Position numbers and translations under genes: made by a program
Shown here: one piece after another, positions 35,358 through 44,664 of the stretch
Position numbering within the stretch: the stretch's first letter is position 1
How the letters are laid out: the number at the start of each line of letters is the position of its first letter
Assembly (NCBI GenBank): GCA_045628545.1
Contig: JAZQPI010000064.1
Location: 1 to 61,866, forward strand
DNA: 61,866 nt
From: Kiritimatiellia bacterium
GTDB lineage: Bacteria > Verrucomicrobiota > Kiritimatiellia > RFP12 > UBA1067
Direction of reading: 5' to 3'
The notes under the pieces: generated by a model
The model's database searches: none
What the model was told of the DNA's origin: nothing
What the model saw: the letters and a program-made list of their open reading frames with translations, nothing else

Positions 35358-36200
35358 TCACTCTTCTATTCTTCGCTTCTGTGCCGCGGCCGCTTCGTCG
35401 AGCGCGGACAGTTCGGACGCGAAACGGCCGTGAAGATCGGGGTATGTCGCCTTGCAGAGTTTGATCAGCCGGACGGCTTCGGCAGGATTCGCCTCCCGCA
35501 ACGACTCGATTTCAGCCGCGACTTCCGCCTTGCCGTTCTCCAGTGCCGCCAGAATCTCCTTCGCCTCCTCCAGCTGCGCGTCCTGCACTGGCGTACGGCG
35601 TCCCGCCTTCTCCAGCCGCTTCACCTCGCCCTGAAGCTTCTTGACGGCCGACGCGACGGACTTGCCGAGCTTCAACTGCGGACGCATCCCCTTGTACCAT
35701 TTGAAGCCTGCGCCCGCAACGATGTCGATCGGACGCCCCACGTCCCCGATGGCCGTCACGAACGCATCCGTCGCCTCGCGATCCCCGCGGCCGGAAAAGA
35801 CCACCCGCCCGCGGTGGTTGACGACATACAGAAACGGCGGCGCCAGATTCGGTTCGCCCTTCGCCAGCCCGAAACCCTCGTAAACCGGAAACGTCAGCGT
35901 TCCCGAGACCGCACGTACCGCATCCTCCTGACGTCCGCCGCGGTGCGAGGCGACCATCACGAACGGCTTGTTCTTGAAGCACCTCCACAGCTCCTCCAGC
36001 CGATCCGCCTCCGCGCCGCCGGGACGCTCCCCCTCGGACCAGACGGCCACCATCACCACCTTGCCGGAAAGCGCACCAGCCGTCAGTTTCGGGCCCGCAT
36101 ACCAGTCCGTCTCCGCCAGGTTCGTCCAAAGGCCAGCCCGCGCCCGTCCCGCGAACAGGCACAACCCCGCCAGAAGAATTACCGCTCCGCGCATGGCCAT
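35358..36200 (-). CDS. Secreted thioredoxin-fold-like protein lacking a CxxC motif, with C-terminal helical region
   Basis: Signal peptide MAMRGAVILLAGLCLFAGRARA. VVMVAVWSEG stands where WCxxC would be. SD gaggaga. Confidence 0.55.
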   Translation of the reverse strand: MAMRGAVILLAGLCLFAGRARAGLWTNLAETDWYAGPKLTAGALSGKVVMVAVWSEGERPGGAEADRLEELWRCFKNKPFVMVASHRGGRQEDAVRAVSGTLTFPVYEGFGLAKGEPNLAPPFLYVVNHRGRVVFSGRGDREATDAFVTAIGDVGRPIDIVAGAGFKWYKGMRPQLKLGKSVASAVKKLQGEVKRLEKAGRRTPVQDAQLEEAKEILAALENGKAEVAAEIESLREANPAEAVRLIKLCKATYPDLHGRFASELSALDEAAAAQKRRIEE

Positions 36201-36205
36201 TCTCC

Positions 36206-36685
36206 TCAACGCTTCATCGCGATTTCGGGACAGGTGAAGGGATCCGCGTGCTTCGTGCAGTTGATGCACCCCGTGTAGAGCTTGTGCATCACCTGCGTCT
36301 TCGGCACCTCGCTGAAGCCGAGAGACGCGAAAAACTCCGGCGCGAACGTCAGCACCATCAGCTCGCGCGGCGAAAATTCCGTCGTCCGGCGCGCCACCGC
36401 CTCCACCAGCTGCCGACCGATGCCGCGACGCCGGAACTCCTCGCGCACGGCAACCGAGACGATCTCCACGGTCGCCGCTTCCGGACGCCCGATCTCGGGA
36501 TGTATCTGATACGAGGCGCATCCCGCCAGCCGTCCGTCCGCCTCGGCGATGACGAAACGGTCGATCGACTCGACGATGTTGCCGACCGACCGCGGCACCA
36601 GCTGGTCGCGATTCAGATTGATCAAGTCGAAAATCGGCTCGGCGTCCGTCAGCTTCGCCGCCCGCACCAGAACTTTCTCCGCCAT
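36206..36685 (-). CDS. GNAT family N-acetyltransferase
   Basis: Acetyl-CoA motif RRRGIGRQLV. Size 159 aa, Cys-rich C-terminus. Confidence 0.85.
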   Translation of the reverse strand: MAEKVLVRAAKLTDAEPIFDLINLNRDQLVPRSVGNIVESIDRFVIAEADGRLAGCASYQIHPEIGRPEAATVEIVSVAVREEFRRRGIGRQLVEAVARRTTEFSPRELMVLTFAPEFFASLGFSEVPKTQVMHKLYTGCINCTKHADPFTCPEIAMKR

Positions 36686-36718
36686 AATCCCATCCTTTCC
36701 GCTGTTCGTCCCACGGAC

Positions 36719-38845
36719 TCAGTGCCGCCAGGTCGTCGTATAGGTCGTAGTCGACGAGCGGCCGCCATAACCGCCGCCGCGTCCGCCATAGCCGCCGCGT
36801 CCACCATAACCACCGCCGCCGTAACCGCCGGAGGAGCGACCATAACCGCCGCCGTAACCGCCGGACGAACGGCCGTAACCGCCGCCACCATAACCGCCGC
36901 ACGGACTCGCGAAGGACATCGTCCGATGACTCTCGACGAGCGTCGGCGGAATCTCCTTCACGAACGGCGACGGTTCGACGGGCATAATGCCACCGTCCGA
37001 CAATGCGCGCATCGACGGCGAAAAGAGATAGAGGCGGTCCTTCGCACGGGTGACCGCGACATAGAAAAGCCGCCGCTCCTCGTCCGCACGCCCTTCTTCG
37101 GCGGCCTTGCCGGACGGGAACATCCCCTCGGAGAGCCACGGCAGGACGACGACCGGCCACTCCATGCCCTTGGCCTGATGCACGGTTGAAAGCGTCACGC
37201 GGTCCTGATTCGGATCGTTCCGCCTGACGTCCAGATTCGTCAGCAGCGCGACATCGGAGAGAAACCCCTCCAGTCCGTTCGGCGCCTCGGCGATCTGAAC
37301 CGCCAGTTCCTTCACGTCGGCGAGACGGTCCTCGGCATCGGACTCGTCCCACTCGCGCCGAAGGTAGTCCTCGTAAAACAAGTCGCAAAAATCGTCAACG
37401 ACCGCACCGACCGCCTCGGCATCCAGCCGTTCCCGCGCCACCTCCATCGCCTTGGCGAGCGGCGGCCAGAGGGGCTTCGCCTTCGCGCCGAGCAGTCCGG
37501 CGAGCGCGTCACGGTCTTCGCGGCGGTGCGGATCGAACCGGCCGGACAGGCGTCCCCACATTTTCGCCGCGCCCTTCTCGCCCACGCCGGGCAGCAGACA
37601 GACGAAACGGACGAACGACAGCTCGTCGGTCGGATTCACCATCAGCCGCAAATAGGCCAGCACATCCTTCACGTGGATCTGCTCGAAGACGCCCACGCCG
37701 GAGGTGATGCGGAACGGCGTCTTCATCCGCGCGAGGGTCATCTGCACCTCGATGGACTGAAAATGCGACCGGTAGAGGACGGCGATGTCGCTGTAGCGAT
37801 AGCCGAACTGCCGCATCTCGCTGACGATCCGGACGATCTCGGACGCCTGCGACTTGCCATCGTAGACTCGGTATAGTTGCGGCTTGGCGTCGAAGCCGGT
37901 CCGCGTCGGACGCAGCTGCTTGTCGAACTGGCTGGGGGCGTCGCGCATCACGACGTTCGCGACGTTCAGCACTCCGGGAACCGAGCGGTAGTTGCGCTCC
38001 AGCTTGACCGTCCGGCAGCCGGGCCAGCGCTTCGGGAATTCGAGGATGTTCTCGATCTGAGCGCCGCGCCAGGTGTAGATGCACTGAAAGTCATCCCCGA
38101 CAGCCATGATGTTGCGGTGCTTCGCCGCCAGCAGGTCGGAGAACTCCGCCTGGATGCCGTTCGTGTCCTGATATTCGTCGACCAGGATATGGAGGAAATG
38201 CTCCTGCAGGAGTTCGCGTACGGACGCTTGTTCCTTGAGCAGGCGAAGACCGTTCACGAGCAGGTCGTCGAAATCCATCGCGCCGAGCTCCTGCTTGCGT
38301 TCGGCATAGCGCCGCGCCACCTGTTCGATGGCCTCGGGCTGCACGTCCGCGGCGCGGGTCTGCCAGCGCGAGGCGATGAACTGGATCGGCTTCTGCTCGT
38401 TGGCCGCCTCGGAAATCATCTTCGCGATCAGCTCCTTCTTCGGAAAGTCCTTCGGATTGGCGACCGTCGCCTTGATGATGTCGCCAATGAGTTTCTTCTG
38501 ATCCTCCTCGTCCAGGATCTGAAAGCCGGGCCGGAAGCCGAGCGGTGCGCCGTAGCGGCGCAGCAGGCGGGCGCAGACGGAATGGAAGGTGCCGTTCCAA
38601 ATCTCCTGCGCCGCGTCCCCGACGACCTTCTGGGCGCGTTCCAGCATTTCCCGGGCCGCGCGGTTGGTGAAGGTGAGCAGCAGGATGCGGTTCGGCTCGA
38701 CGCCCTTTTCGAGCAGATAGGCGACGCGGTGGACGAGCGTGCGCGTCTTACCGGTGCCGGCCGCGGCCAGCACCAGCAGCGGACCGTCATCCGCCGTCGC
38801 CGCGGCGCACTGTTCAGGATTAAGAAGTTTGCTAAAATCAGTCAT
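36719..38845 (-). CDS. UvrD/PcrA/Rep-family SF1 DNA helicase with a 60-aa Gly/Tyr/Arg/Ser-rich C-terminal tail
   Basis: AAAGTGKTRTL, ILVDEYQDTN, NYRS, VHQAKGMEWPVVV and YVAVTRAK. Tail GGYGGGGYGRSSGGYGGGYGRSS... Confidence 0.93.
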   Translation of the reverse strand: MTDFSKLLNPEQCAAATADDGPLLVLAAAGTGKTRTLVHRVAYLLEKGVEPNRILLLTFTNRAAREMLERAQKVVGDAAQEIWNGTFHSVCARLLRRYGAPLGFRPGFQILDEEDQKKLIGDIIKATVANPKDFPKKELIAKMISEAANEQKPIQFIASRWQTRAADVQPEAIEQVARRYAERKQELGAMDFDDLLVNGLRLLKEQASVRELLQEHFLHILVDEYQDTNGIQAEFSDLLAAKHRNIMAVGDDFQCIYTWRGAQIENILEFPKRWPGCRTVKLERNYRSVPGVLNVANVVMRDAPSQFDKQLRPTRTGFDAKPQLYRVYDGKSQASEIVRIVSEMRQFGYRYSDIAVLYRSHFQSIEVQMTLARMKTPFRITSGVGVFEQIHVKDVLAYLRLMVNPTDELSFVRFVCLLPGVGEKGAAKMWGRLSGRFDPHRREDRDALAGLLGAKAKPLWPPLAKAMEVARERLDAEAVGAVVDDFCDLFYEDYLRREWDESDAEDRLADVKELAVQIAEAPNGLEGFLSDVALLTNLDVRRNDPNQDRVTLSTVHQAKGMEWPVVVLPWLSEGMFPSGKAAEEGRADEERRLFYVAVTRAKDRLYLFSPSMRALSDGGIMPVEPSPFVKEIPPTLVESHRTMSFASPCGGYGGGGYGRSSGGYGGGYGRSSGGYGGGGYGGRGGYGGRGGGYGGRSSTTTYTTTWRH
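36722..36901 (-). repeat. Low-complexity tandem repeats encoding the (GGYGG/RSS)n tail
   Basis: Repeated ccgccataaccgccgcc-type units on the plus strand. Confidence 0.8.
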
Positions 38846-38852
38846 GCGGAAT

Positions 38853-38861
38853 ATTATACCA
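38853..38861 (-). promoter_or_regulatory. Extended -10 box (tggtataat) 7 nt upstream of the helicase ATG
   Basis: Minus strand tggtataat-attccgc-ATG. Confidence 0.5.
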
Positions 38862-38868
38862 TACCCCA

Positions 38869-38897
38869 TTGACTTGCGTCCCAAAAAATAGTATACT
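38869..38897 (+). promoter_or_regulatory. Sigma70-like promoter for tRNA-Pro (-35 TTGACT, 17 nt, -10 TATACT)
   Basis: ttgact(38869-38874), 17-nt spacer, tatact(38892-38897). The mature tRNA begins 43 nt downstream. Confidence 0.6.
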
Positions 38898-38939
38898 ATT
38901 CTGCGTTTTCACGAGGAGACCTCGTTGAAAACCCCGAGT

Positions 38940-39016
38940 CGGAGCGTAGCGCAGCCTGGTAGCGCGTTTGCTTCGGGAGCAAAAGGCCGAGGGTTCAAAT
39001 CCCTCCGCTCCGACCA
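38940..39016 (+). tRNA. tRNA-Pro (anticodon CGG), CCA encoded
   Basis: Hand-folded. Acceptor CGGAGCG/CGCTCCG, D arm GCGC-AGCCTGGTA-GCGC, anticodon stem TTTGC/GCAAA with loop TTCGGGA, T arm GAGGG-TTCAAAT-CCCTC. Confidence 0.92.
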
Positions 39017-39507
39017 ATTCAAAACCCCAGTTCCAACCAATAAAACCAAGGGTAAAACGCACTTTTAGCGGTTATTGGCAATTTTGAGAAAGCGGTGTTT
39101 TTGTGGCAAAAACGCCGTTTCGTTTGCTACAATTTGCGACAAAAATCACCCCCTCCATCGTGAATGTCAGCTCCACCCGCGGCCAGTCGCGGTCGATGAG
39201 GAACTCCGCTTTCCGTGTCCCGCGAATGCGGGCTTCGGTGTGTTCCGCGGTCAGAAAACGGCAGACGAATCGTCCGTTCGAGGACGAATTTATGGTGCTA
39301 CAGGAAAATTATGACCTTAGCGCTCGTCAACCCCCTGTCGTTATTGGGTGAAACGACATTTTGACCGAGCGCAAAGTGGCAAAGTCGAGGCGTTCTTTGC
39401 CAACCTCCGACGTTGAATTTTCTGCTTGAGCAGCCTCGTGTCCATGAGAAGGCGAAAAGATGGATAAACTCCGGCCAGACTACCGCTTTACAAACAAAAC
39501 TGAAAAC

Positions 39508-39516
39508 TGCTATACT
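39508..39516 (+). promoter_or_regulatory. Extended -10 box tgctatact upstream of the fucosidase gene
   Basis: TGnTATACT about 95 nt before ATG 39611, which has SD aaggag. Confidence 0.4.
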
Positions 39517-39610
39517 ATTGACAGTCAGAAATTACTTGCGGGACTGCGTTGCGTAGCAGGCGTTGCGCGGCTGCCGGTCGGGTTTCAAAACTATAAGGAG
39601 AAGGTGGCAA

Positions 39611-41038
39611 ATGAAGAAACTGGTAATGGCCGCGATCGTCGGCGCGACGCTGTGCGCGGCGGCGGAGAAGTACGAAGCGAACTGGAAGTCGCTTGACAGC
39701 CGCCCCGTGCCGCAATGGTGGACGGACGCGAAGTTCGGCGTCTTCATCCACTGGGGGCCTTACGCCGTTCCCGCATTCGCGCCGACACCGAAAGCCGGGC
39801 ACTTCGACTTCGCCTACTATTCGGAGTGGTACCAGGGCTTTCTGCGCCAGGGGAAGTCCGCGTTCGTCAACCACCACAAGCAGCAGTACCGCAACGCGCC
39901 GTACGGCAATTTCGCGGCGCGGTTCACCGCCGAAAACTTCGACGCGGCAGCCTGGGCGAAACTCTTCAAGGACGCGGGCGCGAAATACGTCGTGCTCACC
40001 TCGAAGCACCACGACGGCTTCGCGCTCTGGCCGAGTCCAGAGTCCCCATACTACAACGCGGTCGCGCTGGGCTCGGGACGCGACCTCGCGCGCGAATTCG
40101 TCGACGCGATGGCGGCGGCGGGACTGAAGCGCGGCTTTTACTATTCGATGCTCGAATACGCCAATCCGCTGTATCCGGCCAAGCGCGACGGCACGACCGG
40201 ACCGGCGGCGCTCAAGATCGGCGAATGGAACCGCCGCGTCAACATTCCGCAGCTGAAGGAGCTGGCGACGGACTACAAGGCCGACATCATCTGGACGGAC
40301 GGCGAATGGGACTACACCTCGGACGAGCACGGCTCCAAGGAGTTTCTCGCGTGGCTCTACAACGAGTCGCCGGTCAAGGACACCGTGGTCGCAAACGACC
40401 GCTGGGGCAGCGACTGCCGAGGCAAGCACGGCGGACACTACACGACCGAGTACGCGATGGAGGGCGGCGACCAGTCTGGGCGCTCCAACGTCCATCCGTG
40501 GGAGGAGTGCCGCGGCATCGGCAACAGCTTCGGCTACAACCGCTTCGAGACGCCGGCCAACTACATGAGCCGCGAAAAATGCCTTGAAACGCTCGTCCGC
40601 TGCGTCTCCGCCGGCGGCAACCTGCTCCTCAACGTCGGGCCGACGGCCGACGGACTCATCCCCGCGATCATGCAGGACCGGCTGCTGGCGATGGGCGCGT
40701 GGCTGAAGGTGAACGGCGAGGCGATCTACGCGACGACGCGCGGCGACCTGCAGACGGACGCAAAACGCGTCTATTTCACGCGCAAAGGCAACGTTCGCTA
40801 CGCGATCGACTTCCGCGGCGACGGCACCCCGTTCGCAGTCAAGGGAGCTCCGAAAAACGCCAAGGTAGCTCTCGTCGGCAGCACGGCGGCTGTCGAGACG
40901 CGGGCCGAGAACGACGCCCTCGTCATCGTCCCGCCGACCTTTGCGCCCGCGGCAGCCCCGTGCGAACACGCCTGGGTCTACCGGATTGAAGTGCGCGGAA
41001 CCGTTGTCCCTTCGGCATCCAACGCAATGTTCTTATGA
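39611..41038 (+). CDS. Alpha-L-fucosidase (GH29), secreted
   Basis: Signal peptide MKKLVMAAIVGATLCAA. FGVFIHWGPYAVPAF, KYVVLTSKHHDGFALW, IWTDGEW. Confidence 0.92.
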   Translation: MKKLVMAAIVGATLCAAAEKYEANWKSLDSRPVPQWWTDAKFGVFIHWGPYAVPAFAPTPKAGHFDFAYYSEWYQGFLRQGKSAFVNHHKQQYRNAPYGNFAARFTAENFDAAAWAKLFKDAGAKYVVLTSKHHDGFALWPSPESPYYNAVALGSGRDLAREFVDAMAAAGLKRGFYYSMLEYANPLYPAKRDGTTGPAALKIGEWNRRVNIPQLKELATDYKADIIWTDGEWDYTSDEHGSKEFLAWLYNESPVKDTVVANDRWGSDCRGKHGGHYTTEYAMEGGDQSGRSNVHPWEECRGIGNSFGYNRFETPANYMSREKCLETLVRCVSAGGNLLLNVGPTADGLIPAIMQDRLLAMGAWLKVNGEAIYATTRGDLQTDAKRVYFTRKGNVRYAIDFRGDGTPFAVKGAPKNAKVALVGSTAAVETRAENDALVIVPPTFAPAAAPCEHAWVYRIEVRGTVVPSASNAMFL

Positions 41039-41670
41039 AAACGAATCGAAGCACCATCCGTCTCTGCCTTGTCGTTTCAGCATTCATCGCGCTGTTCGCG
41101 CCGCCGGCGAACGCGGAGGGGCGCGCCAGCCTGCTGACGTACTACCAGAACACCCGCAACCGCAACGCCTGGCTGCAGCTCGCCACGGCCATCGAGCAGT
41201 CCGGGACGAGCTGGGAGACCCACATGCTCGCGTCGCAGGTCGCGGCCAAGGGCTTTGTCGCGAAAGGACTCCAATACGAACAGCTCGCCTACACCCGATG
41301 GCAGGCCGAATCCGCCGCGCCGAAGAAGCCGTCCGACTACGCCGACATCGGCCGGACGCTGCGGCAGGGAATCGAGATGTACCAGAAGACCCTCGCGTTG
41401 CAGGCGGGCGCCGCTGCGGCCACCGTCCAGGCGCCCGTCACAGGCACGGTCTGCGGCGGCTGCAACGGGACCGGCCTGTGCAACGTCTGCGGCGGCTCGG
41501 GCAAGAACCAGGCCCGGACGACGTTTGAAAACATCCGCGCCGCCCGGACGTTCACCTCCGGCGTCTATTACGGACGGCGCTCCCTCGGCGAAGCCGCGAC
41601 GCCGCGCAGCTGCCCGACCTGCCGGGGGCGGGGGCGCTGCCGGCACTGCAAAGGGCGCGGCGTCAAATAG
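41035..41670 (+). CDS. Secreted protein with four DnaJ-type CxxCxGxG zinc-finger motifs
   Basis: Signal peptide ending ANA-EG. CGGCNGTG, CNVCGGSG, CPTCRGRG, CRHCKGRG. ATGA overlap with the fucosidase stop. Confidence 0.7.
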   Translation: MKTNRSTIRLCLVVSAFIALFAPPANAEGRASLLTYYQNTRNRNAWLQLATAIEQSGTSWETHMLASQVAAKGFVAKGLQYEQLAYTRWQAESAAPKKPSDYADIGRTLRQGIEMYQKTLALQAGAAAATVQAPVTGTVCGGCNGTGLCNVCGGSGKNQARTTFENIRAARTFTSGVYYGRRSLGEAATPRSCPTCRGRGRCRHCKGRGVK

Positions 41671-41756
41671 CGTCGGGCGCGACTTTCCCTGACGACGGCG
41701 CCAGGAATGCCGCCGCTTAAAAAAGGTACAACAGCATTTACCTTTAAGGGCCGATT

Positions 41757-41765
41757 TGGTATAAT
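41757..41765 (+). promoter_or_regulatory. Extended -10 box tggtataat 6 nt upstream of the ftsH ATG
   Basis: tggtataat-tttcgt-ATG(41772). Confidence 0.5.
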
Positions 41766-41771
41766 TTTCGT

Positions 41772-43615
<1,844 letters not shown>

Positions 43616-43619
<4 letters not shown>

Positions 43620-44506
43620 ACTTCAGTCTGGAGAGCGTCACCGCCACGCTGCGGAACTTCGCCGGGCAGATCGACATCAGCGCCGGCACCGTCGCGCAGG
43701 TGCTCATCCTGTACATCGCCATCTACGCAATCCTCAAGAGCGCGAAAGGGTCGCGCTTCGGCCAGGTGCTGATGGGCGGCGGCTTCGTCGCCGCGGTCGC
43801 CGTGGCGTTCACGCTCGTCTTCCAGTTCGACGTGCTGACCGAACTGATCCGGCTGCTGCTCCTCTATCTGGCGCTTTCCTCGGTCGTCATCTTCCAGCCG
43901 GAGATCCGCCGGCTCCTCTCGACCGTCGGCGCGTTCGGATATCTGAACCGTCCGACGCACGAAGCCGACGGCTCGGCCACGCCGGAATTCGTCGTCGAGG
44001 CGATCATCGGCCTCGCCGAGCGCCGCATCGGCGCGCTCATCGCCTTCGAGCGCGGCATTTCGCTGCGCAGCTACGAGACGACCGGCGTGAAGCTGGACGC
44101 CTCCTTCTCGAAGGAGCTGCTCACGAGCATCTTCACGCCGCCCCTGCCGCTGCACGACGGCGGCATCACCATCCGCGGCGGACGCATCAGCGCCGCGCAC
44201 TGCGTCTTTCCGGTCTCCAGCAACCTCAACCTCGCCTCCCGCGGCCTCCGGCACCGGGCGGGCGTCGGGCTTTCGGAAGAGACTGACGCGCTGATCGTCA
44301 TCGTCTCGGAAGAGCGCGGCTCGGTCTCGATCGCCCATAACGGCAAGATCACGCACTACGCGCCGGCGCAGGTCGAGACGAACCTCCACCGCTACATCGC
44401 CAAGGCCATGCGTCCGCGCGACACCCGCGACATCTTCCAGCGGACCTACGCCGAGGTGACGAAGTACGTCCTGTCCAAGTTCCTGAGGGGAGGCGAACGC
44501 AAATGA
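43616..44506 (+). CDS. cdaA: Diadenylate cyclase CdaA (DisA_N domain, 3 TM)
   Basis: PLHDGGITIRG and GLRHRAGVGLSEETDA. GTG start in a GTGA overlap with ftsH. Confidence 0.92.
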
Positions 44507-44664
44507 AGCTCATCTGGGAGGCGCTGACCAAGAACTGGGGCCTGAAGCTGCTCTCGCTGGCCCTGGCCCTCATCATCTACCACTCGCTGAAGCCCCGCGG
44601 GACGAACGGCCCCCAGCCGAACGGCGACTCGGGCGAACGCAGACTGCTCATCCGACATGACTGA
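44503..44664 (+). CDS. 53-aa membrane peptide resembling only the N-terminal anchor of CdaR/YbbR
   Basis: MKLIWEALTKNWGLKLLSLALALIIYHSL... ATGA overlap with the cdaA stop and an 8-nt overlap with the ftsK start. Below the length cutoff of the ORF track. Confidence 0.4.
   Translation: MKLIWEALTKNWGLKLLSLALALIIYHSLKPRGTNGPQPNGDSGERRLLIRHD

Noticed and set aside
32221-35433. 1070-aa ORF on the plus strand
   Set aside because: It is antisense to glgB and glgA, which have unmistakable GH13 and GT5 motifs. The composition is low-complexity R/A/V/E.
35358-37388. 676-aa minus-strand ORF
   Set aside because: Only the last 280 codons (from ATG 36200, with SD and signal peptide) look real. The upstream part overlaps the GNAT and helicase genes out of frame.
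39075-39351. Short plus-strand ORFs (79 and 82 aa) after tRNA-Pro
   Set aside because: They overlap each other, lack an SD, have an odd Arg/Ser-rich composition, and show no motif. They are treated as non-coding.
38940-41670. Integrated mobile element or prophage at tRNA-Pro
   Set aside because: No integrase, excisionase or phage genes are present. I found no duplicate of the tRNA 3' end downstream. Only the AT-rich spacer (reported separately at low interest) hints at past insertion.
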